Program-made: the position numbers and the translations under genes
The notes under the pieces: generated by a model
Databases searched by the model: none
Told to the model about the DNA's origin: nothing
The model's input: only the letters and a program-made list of their open reading frames with translations
Shown: positions 1 through 11,892 of the stretch, in pieces
How positions within the stretch are numbered: the first letter of the stretch is position 1
Layout: each line of letters begins with the position of its first letter
NCBI GenBank assembly: GCA_043228905.1
Contig: JBHGNT010000015.1
Coordinates: 16,306,001-16,370,000 of the forward strand
DNA from: Azolla caroliniana
Lineage: Eukaryota > Plantae > Polypodiophyta
Reading direction: 5' to 3'
Length of the DNA: 64,000 nucleotides

Positions 1-127
1 ACATGGAAGTGTAAGAGTGTAACCTCTATAAGATCTCCCTCTCTCTAGCCCCATCACTCATACTAATGCAATTGTCTCATGGGCCAATTTTGGCCTTACA
101 AGGTGTTAATCTCTCTCTCTCTCTTTG

Positions 128-537
128 TAGTTAGCTTGCCCTAGTGGTAAGTTGTTACACTATTGGCAATATATCTTGGGTTCGAAACCCAATTTCTCAC
201 ATGTTTATTACTCTATATCTATCTCTCAAATTTACTCGATGCCACTGTGGAATTAACATCTCTCTCTCTCTCTCTCATCATAATTAGCTTACCCTACTTG
301 TAAGTTGTTACACTATTAGCACTATATCTTGGGTTCGAAACCCAATTTCTCACCTGTCTATTACTCTACATCTATCTCTCAATTTTACTACCATTGTAGA
401 ATTAATCTCTCTCTCTCTCTCTCTCTCTCATAAGTTGAGACACTATTAGCACTATATATTGGGTTCGAAACCCAATTTCTCACCTGTCCATTACTCTACA
501 TCTATCTCTCAATTTTACTGGATGTCACTGTGGAATA
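128..537 (+). repeat. Three tandem ~130-150 bp units with a tRNA/SINE-like head, separated by (CT)n
   Basis: Unit TAAGTTGTTACACTATT(G/A)GCA.TATATCTTGGGTTCGAAACCCAATTTCTCAC...TTACTCTA.ATCTATCTCTCAA occurs three times. B-box-like GGGTTCGAAACCC at 178-190, 331-343 and 461-473; D-loop-like TAGTGGTAAG in copy 1. Confidence 0.65.
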
Positions 538-600
538 TAAGGGTTGAACCCATGACCTCCTGGTCTCCATTGGGCAACCTTACCAACTGAGCTCTCCCTC
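527..600 (-). mobile_element. tRNA-derived SINE-like head or tRNA pseudogene
   Basis: Minus strand reads GAGCTCAGTTGGTAAG (A-box) ... GGAGGTCATGGGTTCAACCC (variable loop + B-box) at tRNA-like spacing. No acceptor or anticodon stem is evident. A partial copy lies at ~1210-1240. Confidence 0.55.
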
Positions 601-1046
601 CCTCTAGCCCCATCACTCCTACTAATGCTACAAGCCAATCAAGGGATACACAAATGGGCTTTCGACACAACATAACAAAGGGGTTACAATAGATCGGGCA
701 ATAGCAATTTGTCGTGCACGTAGGCCCCAACCCCATGGACCATGACCTTAGCACCCTTGTCATCGACAAATAAAGGTCATTTTTCTCCCGCCATCGCAGG
801 TGCTTCCCTCGCTTCGAAGACCTCTCTATTCTGGATTGACCAATGCTAGAGATATTTCGAAGACAAAAGTTACAATATATCTAATTTGAGAATCTCACAG
901 CAAGATTCCCTCGTCTCTTGTTATCTTATTTACTATTATATTGAATATTTATTTTATTTTTCTTTGTTGTTCTCAAAGACCGAGACAAAACTTAAGATGT
1001 AATCTCTAGTTTGGTCTTAGAGGCCATTTTGGCCTCTTAAGAGACG

Positions 1047-1077
<31 letters not shown>

Positions 1078-1240
1078 TTCTTTCTTTCTCTAGTTTCATC
1101 GGAAATTAACAAACTTACCCTAGTAGTGGTTAATGTTCGCGCCACACCTCTCTTTTACACCATAAAATATTTTCTTAACTTACATACATACATATTGATA
1201 TGCCATTGGTGGAATGTAAGGGGTTGAACTCATGACCTCT

Positions 1241-1340
1241 TTCTCTCTCTCTCTCTCTAGTATGTGTGTGTGTGTGTCTCTCTCTAGTATGTATGTGTGT
1301 GTGTGTCTCTCTCTCTAGTATGTGTGTGTGTGTGTGTTCT
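1241..1340. repeat. Compound microsatellite [(CT)n AGTAT (GT)n] x3
   Basis: Directly visible. Pure (TA)n runs also occur at ~1051-1077 and ~13202-13230. Confidence 0.9.
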
Positions 1341-1834
1341 CTTCCATGAACAGAGAGAGCAGGTAGAGAGGAAGAGGAAGCAGAGGAGGGAGGGAGGGAG
1401 GTCTTCTCTGTTTCTCGTGTGAAATGGCGGTTGCCAGCCATATGCCATGGCCATCATGGCCATGGCTCTGCTTCCCCCCTCCCTCCCTCCCTCCCTGCCA
1501 TGGCGCCTTCCCCAAACCTCTGCATTCCCCTAACGCCCATTTCTGCGCGTTTTGAGACCCTCTCCCACCTGCTCTGGGACCCATGGGATAGGGAGGGGAA
1601 GGAGGGCTTGTTCAAATCATCAGACATATCCCAATCCTTCCCCTTACCCCACCCCACCCCACAAATACCATCTTCCTCCTCCTCCTCCTCCTCCGGAATG
1701 CGCTGCCTCAATCGACTCTATGCGAATGTGAGCGCGTGAAATTGGTACCTTCTCTCGAGAAGAGTCTGGCATTCCTTCATTGGCGACTCGGATTTGGATG
1801 CGAAGTACAGTGTTTGAAATTGAAATTGTGGATT

Positions 1835-2323
1835 ATGATGCCGCCCCCGCGGCCTACCCTGCTTGATGTAGAAGACACTGACAAGGAGATACCATTGGGA
1901 TGGGAAGGAGCAAAATTCCCCTTATCAAAACTGGACCTTACCAAGCTTTCACTGGATTATGCAAAGCAAGTCAGGCGGTCCCCACGCCAATCAACCACCC
2001 GGCGCCTACAGAATATGACTACTGGCAATGCAAGAAGACAAAAGAAAGCCTCTACATCCAACAATCGATATGTCTCGCGTACATCCAGAAATGTGAGATT
2101 AGTGAGCCAGACAGAGAAAGGATGGAGCTGGCTCTCAGTCAAGTTCGGAGAGATACGAGACAATAAGACACTGAAGAAGCCCCGAAAAGGCGAACTTGCC
2201 CCTGAGATTATTAATGCCATTTGGGGTTCCCGAAACACAAGACTTTGCGAGCGTACCCTCGAATCTCTTAACGGCTTGCGTAGAAGGAAGGTCTCTATTG
2301 ACACAGAGCAGGAGATTAAGGAG
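1835..2323 (+). CDS. vWA/coiled-coil protein, coding exon 1 (basic N-terminus)
   Basis: ATG at 1835 lies in ORF 1736-2335. Donor GAG|GTATCT at 2323/2324 is phase 0 and matches the acceptor at 6441. The start codon and the 4.1-kb intron are inferred. Confidence 0.65.
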
Positions 2324-5300
2324 GTATCTATATGAGATTCCAAAGCCCTTCATTAAAATAACTCCTTTGGAAATTTTGTTTGTCCATCTTTGAAGCAATG
2401 AAAAGAAAGATATGTTAGTATTAGTAGCACACACTCCGAAGGGAAGCTTGGTTTTGATTGGTTTTCATTTTGTGAACATGTATTCTATTAGGGAAAATCT
2501 GCACTCTCTTGGTTTAGATTGATGTCATAATGTGGAGTTACACCAGCAATAACTAAAATTCAGCAGATGAAAATCACCCACTTATCAAAAGCTTTGTGTG
2601 AGTCCACAAAGCAACAATAGGTTAACTTTCTCCTATCTTTGCCTTCATAAATATCAAGATGTGACCATATCTGTCGAGCTCATGGTGTAGGAGTGACCCA
2701 TACAACTTGGTACACATAGTTCAAACCATCATAGTTCTGTAATTCTCAGACTCCAAAAAATCATATCTTTAAGATTGGAGGAATGATATTTCTGACAATG
2801 TGATTGGAAGATCCAGCCGTATGATTAAACATATGTGCGAAGAGTGGTGCCAATGTAGATTGTGCATGGGAAGAAAAGTTCTGCTACTAAACCATCAGGG
2901 TCTGGTGGATTCCCAGTTTGCAGCCTGTGTATCACACTGCATACTATATACTCTCTGAAGTGTGAGGTCCAGGGGTAGTCAAATTGATGGCTGGTTGGGT
3001 ATATGGTACATATGAGAAACATATGCATGGCAATTCATAGGAAATTTAAATAGAATGGATGTACAAGGATCTTGAAACATCCTCTAAGCGTCCATGCAAT
3101 AAACAATAACTTATAAATGTCCTCCTCTATTTTTCTGGTACATGCTTTTATTTATTCATCTCTCAGTGAGGCTCTGAAATAGTATATTCTGAGAGGAAGT
3201 GTGGATCAGTATTTTGTAATTATCACCATACTATCTCTGTTGCTTTCATTTATGTGTTTTGATGGCAAGAAAAGCCTTTTTGATTTCTTAAGCTGGAAAT
3301 TTCGGGATCACACTCTTTTCTCTTGTGGCATCTTTCCCTACACTCAATGCATTCATGAATGGTGATCAGTATCTACTCCTATTCTGTGGCATAACCTTGT
3401 TGCATCTTTGTGTGGCTATTTGCCTCCTTCCATCCAATCATCCTCACATGCAGTGGTGGGACTTTTGTCTTTTGCCCTCTTCTGACATGTTATCCATGAT
3501 TTTAGATGCATTAGTTTGGGAATTACTCCTTGCCGACGATCCATGATCTTGCATCCTATGCTTGTTTCTTTTTCTATATGTGCTGCTACGCCATGCTATT
3601 TGGAGGTTTCGCTGGCCGTTTTAGGGTTTTTTTATGATGTTCCTTTGTTTTGAGGAACTTCCTCAACCTTGCGAACTAATATTCTTCACAATTATGTGAA
3701 GATTTAGTGTATGCTGATACTTCACGTCTTTATTTTCATGCTTCATCTTACTCAATCTCATGTTGAAAACTTGGGCAAAATGCTCTTGGCAGAGATTGAA
3801 ATCTCTTCTGTTTTTCTTGGAAAAAGATTTTGATATGACAAATATAGTTACAAACCATTTACAATGGTTGAGGTCCCACTAGGGGGTTTCATCACACACA
3901 TGATGCCTCACGAGGATCCCATGCTTGCTCTCTCATATTTACTCACAAGTTACATCATATTTAATTACTTCTTCATAGTCGAGAGTTTGTTGCTTTATTT
4001 GGGAAAGTTTTACGTGTCCTGAAAATGTGCTACTTGACAATCACCATGGATTTTCAAGTATTCATTTGTGGAATATGGCAATAAATATAACTACTTTGTT
4101 TGTTTTGGCAATTGACATATCCATTCCAGCATAATAGAGATTCTCATGGCCAAGCACACATGTGGCCAAATCCAGTGTATATCCTTTCACTCTGTAGCTT
4201 CACCCTTAAGGTGAACAAGTTGAAGTAGTGGATTCCTATGTCTATCCAGTGTTCACATTTAAACACATGATTGGGGATGTCTCTATGACCCTATATAGCA
4301 AAGCTTCCACTGCATGAGATCACCGGAGCTGAACTCCAGAACTGAATTGCCAGCCCATGATGGTAGACACATGAACGTAATCAAATAGATTCGAACCATG
4401 TCACCTCAAATAATTACACATAATGCATTAGAAGCATCGAAGGAAATGGGAACAATAGAACAAGGAGAAGGATCATGTGACGTACGGGTGATGAAAGGCT
4501 TCAACAACAATGGCCTCTGATACACTAGACCTCTCCAAAATGATGAACAAAACAAGGTATCATGGCAATGCCTATAGAAGCTCTATACCCAAAATACTTG
4601 GAACACACCAACAAAGCCTCTTCCCTTGCTCACAAAACGATAGGGCAAATCAGAGTTTCCTCCTACTAGTGAGAGACTGAAGTAGGATGAGCACTTCACT
4701 TACTTGGAGCTGAACACCTTCGCAATTTATATGAAGAAGAAGTCGAAAGTGAGGGACATTGAATAGATGATGGAGAAGGCTGGTGAAACTTTTCCCAAAC
4801 CTTGCTTGAGCTTCAAACATAGGAAATCAACCCTTATATTATATTACCTCATGGGATGCAACTGCCGTGCGCATCACTGACTTCTTCCATAAGCCTACAC
4901 CTCTACTGATAATGTGGCAAGGCATTATCATAGAGTGAGCAGAGGGATAATGCAACAATGGAGACTGTTACTAGGATAGCGACGTGGGCCATACTAGCAC
5001 TTAGTGAATTTTGTTGTGGTCTCGCACCACTGCACCGACCAACCTTGGATACCATATCACTTCACCACTAGTCATCTATGTGTATCAGTTATGCATTTCT
5101 TGCTTGGAAATCATCTCAAGAATCATTCCACCACATGCATTAAAATCATTATCGTGGATATTTAGGAAACCCAAAGCTTTTATTTTTGTTTCAACATGTA
5201 TAACATGAATTCACCCATATTTGTATTCATCGTTCTTCTCAGAGCCTGATTTTGGCCTCTAACAGATGTTAATATATCTTTTATCTTTCTCACCACAGAC

Positions 5301-6441
5301 TACAGTAGCCTGCACTAGATTTCATGCCACTTCCCTTTGTTAGCATTAAACTCCATAGTAATCTTAGTAAAGGCTTTTGTTTTGAGACCTTGTGAAGAGC
5401 ATTTTTGTAAAGTGGGGCTCAAGACACAGAAAAACTGGGGACTATGAAATATATAGCATTATTAGCAATCTGTAATATCTTATTCTATTCTACTTGTTAG
5501 TATTTCCTTTATGGGCCTTTTATATGCCAATGTTGTTTTCAAACCTTCGTTGTGGAATATGAGTTTCTAAAGCCATTTTCAGGAGAATTGTTAATTTAGT
5601 TATTGCTCAAATTCTGGTATGTTTTAACTAAGATTAGTGCCCTGAAAGCCATCATTTCGATCTGCATCCCAAACAAAATTGCAACAGAAGACCTTCAACT
5701 ACCACAACAGATTCACCTTCTTATCCTATCATGTAGATTCTCATGATCACTTTCATGAAACTCAGTTACACTCTATTTGTTTTTTATGTTGAGTTTCATG
5801 ATAAAGCTTTCTGTATTTGACATTTTGGTTCCAAAATATTTTAACGGGCATGCTACATGATTTTTCTGTCCACTATATTTCAAACTGCACATTATCCTAA
5901 TGAATGTGTTTTATGCCATCTATCATTAGGTGCAGACAAAGATACAAGCTAGAAAAGGTGAAGACAGATCAGATGACAATCTCATGGATATTTTACTGCA
6001 TAATTGGACTTACTTTGCTCATTCACACACAACATTTGGCTCAGTAAGATATCAATGCCATTTTTTTAATTAGAAGTTTAAGGGTTCTAATCTCAATGAT
6101 ACCTACTCTTTCTTTCTTTTCTCTGTACGTATTTATGTATGTTTTGCATGTACAGACGGACAAGCCGGTTCATGCCAAATATTGTGAGAATGGCTTCGGG
6201 CATTTCCTTCTTTCTAATGGGCAACAAATCCATGGACAATTCAATGTGCAGCTGCGTGTCCTACTTAAAAAATTGAGAAAATTATTGCAGAAATTGCGAA
6301 GTCAGATTCTCCCAACATTTTATCAGGCAAGACGCTTGAAAACAACAGCAGCAGCTCACTTTGATGGATCGAAAATAATATTTTTGAGTTTTCAGCTGCT
6401 TTACTACTAGTTTTAAAAATTGAGCTGAATACTTTCTGCAG

Positions 6442-7395
6442 GAGTTGCCTTCATGGAGGTCACCTAGGCTGGAGGAAGACCCAGAACTGGAAATCCCAGC
6501 TATGCCACCAATGCCACAGTTATACCCTATCTCAGGACTCATACCTATCCCAAGTGAACAGGATGAGTGTATACCCAATGATTACCCAGCTTCTGTATTT
6601 AAATCACCTATCCCCAAGGAGCATCCACCTCTAATTTTACCAGAATCATTGAAGGTTCCACCACTCATATTACCTGCCATGCCAATGTTTATTGAGAATG
6701 AATCTAGCATTGATTATGATTCATACAAAGAAGATCCATTGCCAATTTTTACAGTTCCACCCCAAGAACCACTGCCAAAGTGGGTGGAACCTCTTCTAAC
6801 AGAGCTGCCACCAGAGCCGGAGTACCTATCATCTCCAATTATACCACCTCCTATTCGGGAGTCTATTCAACCTTTCCATCCACCTCTGCTTGAACCGAGA
6901 CCATGTGAGAGCTCCTATTATGAACTCGGGAAGGATGAGAAAGGAATTTGTGATGGTTTGTGCAGCAAGTATGGTCATAAGCACCATTTTGTACCTGGTC
7001 AACGCAGGCGGGAACCATGTTTAGCCAAGCCCCTTCCAATGCCGAGCATTCCCACCTTTCCTCTTCCTGAATTTGAATCCTTGATTCTCAGTACTGATTT
7101 TAAGGATGGGGGCTCTTTGGTTGGGCTACAAATCATACCAGAACCACCTTTTGAATTGCCTCCTGAAGAACCCATTCCACCCTTTCAACACCCAGTTCTT
7201 AAAGAAGAGCCGAAAGGTGTGCCACTTGCCCCTCTTTGCCTTCCACATTGGAAACCACCAAAGCCACCAGCTCCGCTTGGATGGATTGCTGGAAATCGTC
7301 CAGTGTTTCTTATTGATTGTAGTGCTGCAATGGCAGGAGAACGAATTGAAACTGTGCAAAATTGTCTTAAAGCATTATTCAGTCCAGGTGGCCAG
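6442..7395 (+). CDS. vWA/coiled-coil protein, exon 2 (Pro/Glu-rich region and start of vWA domain)
   Basis: Acceptor TTTCTGCAG|GAG and donor CAG|GTATAT. Encodes a Pro-rich tract, then RPVFLIDCSAAMAG (vWA first strand, DxS). Confidence 0.85.
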
Positions 7396-7899
7396 GTATA
7401 TTTTTCTTATTTTGAAGTATTTATTGTGAGGAAAAAAGAATAAGTAGACTTGCCAGCATTTTTCAATGAGATAAGGACGTGTGCAACTCCAGAATAACCA
7501 TCACCTGTCTTCCTTTTATGGGACAAGTCAAAGATAAGTTTGAATCTTTGGGATTATCAGGCCAACAAACGGCTATGGGTTAGATAACAAACATTTGTTG
7601 AAAACTTCTGGAATTCTAGAAACAATGACAGAAGTTGTAATTCTTCTATGATGTTGAGCTTACTATATTCATTCTGTAATTTACCCGTTTTCTTTCGCCA
7701 TGTAATTCTCATTTCCAAAGACAGATATGAATATAGTTCAGAGTTATTTTCTCTAAGTTCAACTCTGTTTGTGAGCATAAAGTTTAAACGTCCTGTACAT
7801 AGATCATGCTGTACAATCTAATAAATTCATATGTATTTAATGTATTGAAGATTCAGGTATACCGACTTGTATTCTAACAAGACCAGTTGACGTCTGCAG

Positions 7900-8025
7900 G
7901 GTGACATTGCAGTAACCCATTTTGACATAATCATGTACTCATTTGATGCTTGGAGTTTTGGAGACATTGAAAATTCCTATACTTACAAACAAACAGCAGG
8001 TTCAAGATATAGGAGACAGTTAGAG
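7900..8025 (+). CDS. vWA/coiled-coil protein, exon 3 (absent from the ORF track)
   Basis: Acceptor CTGCAG|GGT and donor GAG|GTGAGC; 42 open codons, phase 0/0. GDIAVTHFDIIMYSFDAWSF matches the vWA F-x-I-I-x-F/Y strand. Confidence 0.8.
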
Positions 8026-8167
8026 GTGAGCTTCCATTTTACTGGATAACTTGTTGCTTTCTATATTTATTAATTTAGTAATAACACCATTTAGGGGATT
8101 CTACATAGTAACCACAGACCTTTAGTTGTGCTCTAGAAGAAAACTTTATTGGGACATTTTATTGTAC

Positions 8168-8320
8168 ATTCTAGAAAACATCATGTTTATTGAACATTCT
8201 GGAAAACATTGTGTTTGTTCCAGATTCTGGAAAACATCATGTTTTTTGCAGTTTCTGAAAAACATCGGGTTTATTGCAGATGGAAATGATCATGTTTATT
8301 GCAGATTCTGGAACATAACA
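8168..8320. repeat. Intronic ~28-bp minisatellite (TTCTGGAAAACATCATGTTTATTGCAGA), about 5-6 degenerate copies
   Basis: Directly visible tandem units. Confidence 0.75.
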
Positions 8321-9660
8321 TGGCATATCATATCCTTTCCAATTTAGAGTTATCAGATAATTTATGTTTCTTGCAATGCTGTCAGAAAATTGATGTGCAC
8401 AAGGTCTTACACATGCATATAGAGATTAGAGGCTTGCAGAATATGTATGAGAAAAGGTCATCCAATGCTGCATTAATCAAAGTATAAGGTGCAAGATCAA
8501 GGAGGCACACATTGGATCACCTGTGCCATATGCCAATAGCAAGCATGTGAGAATGGACTTTTCACATAAATGGCATTATGTGTTTAATTTGCTTGGAGTG
8601 CACTCGCTTTTAGTGGGAGGGCTATTGATCAGGGAAAAGCAAGCTTCAATGGTTGGCTAACCAAGCTGTAAGTCACCCTGTCCTTATGTTGACAGCTTCA
8701 GGATATTCGACAGACACTTTAATCATGTTACCTCATAATGAGAGAGATCATGAGAGATAGTTTCTTCAGTATAATTTCCAACCTTACCTTGTGGTGTATC
8801 TAGAAGAGCCAATGAACCGATGAGCTGACGATCTAACCATACTCAAGTCCAGAATTGGCCTATGAGCCTAATCATGATTACAAATATGGGTGAATAAAGC
8901 TCTAAGTTTCCTAAAGATCCATAATAATTATCTTAATGCATGAAGTGGAATGATTCCGAGATGGTTTAATAGCATGAAGTGCATAACTAGTATGTATGGG
9001 ATAAGTAGTAGTAAAGGAATGTAGTATCCAGGTTGATAAGGTGGAGAGAGGCTATGACGAAGTTCACCAAGCGCATCTTGAGTGTCCTTGGGCAGAGCAG
9101 ACATGGCGAGCAATGATCCCCATGAAATGCGACTGTTATGGCCCATGTCCCATGTATCCTGATTCTTGTGCCTTCTGTTGTCAGCATTCCTCTCCTTGTT
9201 TCATGGTGGCTTCCTAGCACATTGTCAGTAGAGGTGCGGTCCTATGGAAGCAGTCAGTGATGTGTGATTGCTGTTGCATCATGTCTGCCAATATTAAGGC
9301 TGATTCCCTATATGCTTTTGAAGCTCAAGCAAGCTTGGCCAAATTACCGCTGGTCAGCCTTCTCCATTATTTGTTGAATTGTGAAGCTTGCATGTTCTTC
9401 CATGGCTCAATGGATTCATCAAGTTTTCAAATTCCCTAATCTTGTTCAATGATTTTCTCTCTATGCAATAAATTCAATTTCCTTTCTCAATCTTAATATG
9501 GTTTCATTTCAATGAATCACATCTCTCGCCATGTAAGATGAACAATGCTCTTTTGGATGGATCAAAGATTATAAATGATAAGCACGTATTGTGAGCTTAC
9601 ACAATCAAGCAATTTCCTATATTCAATTTGCCATCCCCTTGATACATTCCTTTTATGCAG

Positions 9661-9831
9661 CCAATGAGAGTTAATACCCCAGAAACAATCAATGCAGCAC
9701 TGAATTGGGTATCAAGGTGGCGACCCGCAGGAACAACAAATCTCTCGAAGGCATTAGAAGTTGCCACAAGTCGTACTTCAGCAGATTGCATCTATCTTTT
9801 CACTGAAGGGAGATCTGACAAGCCTGTACTT
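9661..9831 (+). CDS. vWA/coiled-coil protein, exon 4
   Basis: Acceptor TTTTATGCAG|CCA and donor CTT|GTAAGT. Encodes AALNWV..GTTNLSKALEVA..IYLFTEGRSD, the vWA T and (S/T)DG-position motifs. Confidence 0.85.
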
Positions 9832-10020
9832 GTAAGTTGTTACAATTTGAAAAAACATAAATACCATGTTACTTGGTTAGCCTGCAGGAATATGGAAGGT
9901 CACTATTTGATTGATCTCCCTGAAATTATTTGTTTTGTTGTGAGCATTTACTTCTGTGCTGGTATTGAAAGGATATTTGTTTCTCCCTTGAGAAATTATT
10001 TGGTTGTCATGCCCTTGTAG

Positions 10021-11892
10021 ATACTAAAGCAAGCCCAAATCCAGAGAGATTCTATTCCAATTTATGCAGTTGGCATGGACTCCAACAAAGTGAAGACTCG
10101 GTTCTTGAAACGGCTGTCAGATGTGACAGGAGGGCAATACCTACAACTGGAATCGAAGGGCAGTCCTAACAAGTCTTCAGAGGTGATAAACGACGAAGAT
10201 TTAGATGATGTGATTTGGTCCCAACAAAGGATAGAGGATCATCAAAGGGAGCATGCTGCAGCTGGCCATAAAATGAGCATGAAAGATATTTATAAGGAAG
10301 TAGAAAGTGAGTATCAAGTTGTGAGATTGAAGTACCGAGCAGAAAGTCACGAGAAGAAGATGGCTGAGCAGAATGATTCGCAGTTAGAAGAGGTCGAGAA
10401 GATTCGGAATGAAAATGCAGCTATTATGTTGAATGCTAAACAGGCATATGAAGAGCTGGTATCGAAGATAAGAGAACGGAACCGAGTGAAAGTAGAGATG
10501 GCCAAAGAAAAATGGAGAGAACAATTGGAAAAGGTGAGGGAGAAAAACAAAGAGATGGTTGAAGATCTACTGAAATGGCGAGATGCAACATCAAGGGCGA
10601 GGAAAGATGCTGAGAATGCTGTGATCAATGCGAAGGTGAAGTTTGCGAGAGACTTGAAAGAAGTAGAAGAGAGAAATACAAGAAGCATGCAATTGGCAAG
10701 GGAGCATTATGAGGCTGAAGTAGAGAGACTCGAAAGAAAGCACATGGAGAGATTAGAGGATGTACGCAGGAGGCAGAAGGAAGCTGATGAAAATATAGCA
10801 GTGATAAACAAAGCAGCTCAGGAGGAATATGAGGCGGCAGTTTCCATCATTCGAGAGTCGAATGCTGCAATTCTCTCTCAAACACGAAAGGTTTACGAAG
10901 AGGTGCTGGAGCGAGTGAAAGCTCAAAATTTGAAGATCTTCCAAGAGGCACAGATGCAATTTGAAAACCAGTGTGAGGAAAGAAGAAGAGAAAATGCAAG
11001 AAAGAAACATGCTTTGGAACAACGATTACAGGATATGAAAAGGCGAAAAGAAGAAGCTGTGGCAGCCCATAAGGCAGAGGTGACCCGAGCTATATCAGAG
11101 CATGAGCAGATGTTTAAGAGCTACAATGCCATGAATTTGGAACATGAAAAGCGAGCCCGTGATGCGTGGATGAGAGAGTGTAGAGAGATTGACAAACAAA
11201 ACATGGAAGCTGCACAAAGAGCGATGGAGGAGTTTGAAGCTGAGCAGATTAGGATACAAGAGGAGAATGTAAAGCTGGCCGAGAGACGTCTTGCATTTAA
11301 ACGGTGTGTGGCGCAAGTCGTGAAAGAGAACGAGGAGATAGTTAAGCGAAAGAAAGTGGAATGGAAGGAAGACTGTGCAAGGACGGAAAAGGAGTACGAG
11401 GTGACGGTTAGCAATGTGAAAGAAGCACATAAGGCTATGATCGAGCAGATCAGGCTAAGAAATGCAGAGAAACTCCAATCGTCGTTGCTCGAGCACAAGA
11501 CCAGAGTTGCGGCTGTGGAGGCATACAATGAGACGGTGCGGCCATACGTGGAAGCATCGAACACGATCCGGGTCGAGATTCGGCGCATCGAGGCCTTCCT
11601 GCAATGCATTGCCGACAGTGTCCTGCCGCCGAATAGACATGTGATGGAGAAAAACCCTATGAAATCACGGCTGGAGAAGGACCTTGACCTCCTAGCCGTG
11701 TCAGACGCCAATCTCAGCACCCAGCTTCTCATCGAAGCTCTGGGGCGTGCGTACGGTCAGAATTGGAGAACGGAAAAGAAAGGGGACAAGAAATTCTCGC
11801 TCAAGCTAAGCACGCCTTCTTGCTCTAGATTCTCGGGATTTCTCCCCATTCACCCGACTCGTGCTGCAGCACACTCTTGTATGGGAACATAG
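10021..11892 (+). CDS. vWA/coiled-coil protein, terminal exon 5 (end of vWA plus ~500-aa coiled coil)
   Basis: Acceptor CCTTGTAG|ATA is in frame with ORF 10075-11892. IPIYAVG..FLKRLSDVTGGQY closes the vWA fold, followed by a long E/K/R/A-rich helical region; TAG at 11890-11892. The spliced product is 1203 aa. Confidence 0.9.
   Translation: MLKQAQIQRDSIPIYAVGMDSNKVKTRFLKRLSDVTGGQYLQLESKGSPNKSSEVINDEDLDDVIWSQQRIEDHQREHAAAGHKMSMKDIYKEVESEYQVVRLKYRAESHEKKMAEQNDSQLEEVEKIRNENAAIMLNAKQAYEELVSKIRERNRVKVEMAKEKWREQLEKVREKNKEMVEDLLKWRDATSRARKDAENAVINAKVKFARDLKEVEERNTRSMQLAREHYEAEVERLERKHMERLEDVRRRQKEADENIAVINKAAQEEYEAAVSIIRESNAAILSQTRKVYEEVLERVKAQNLKIFQEAQMQFENQCEERRRENARKKHALEQRLQDMKRRKEEAVAAHKAEVTRAISEHEQMFKSYNAMNLEHEKRARDAWMRECREIDKQNMEAAQRAMEEFEAEQIRIQEENVKLAERRLAFKRCVAQVVKENEEIVKRKKVEWKEDCARTEKEYEVTVSNVKEAHKAMIEQIRLRNAEKLQSSLLEHKTRVAAVEAYNETVRPYVEASNTIRVEIRRIEAFLQCIADSVLPPNRHVMEKNPMKSRLEKDLDLLAVSDANLSTQLLIEALGRAYGQNWRTEKKGDKKFSLKLSTPSCSRFSGFLPIHPTRAAAHSCMGT

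Noticed and set aside
128-537. CRISPR-like array or functional tRNA genes
   Set aside because: The sequences between the conserved palindromes are homologous rather than unique spacers, the context is eukaryotic with no cas genes, and no full cloverleaf is evident.
2324-6441. Additional exons or nested genes in the 4-kb first intron
   Set aside because: Only short ORFs and faint retroelement-like remnants (e.g. CTCTGATAC near 4515) are present; nothing could be supported.
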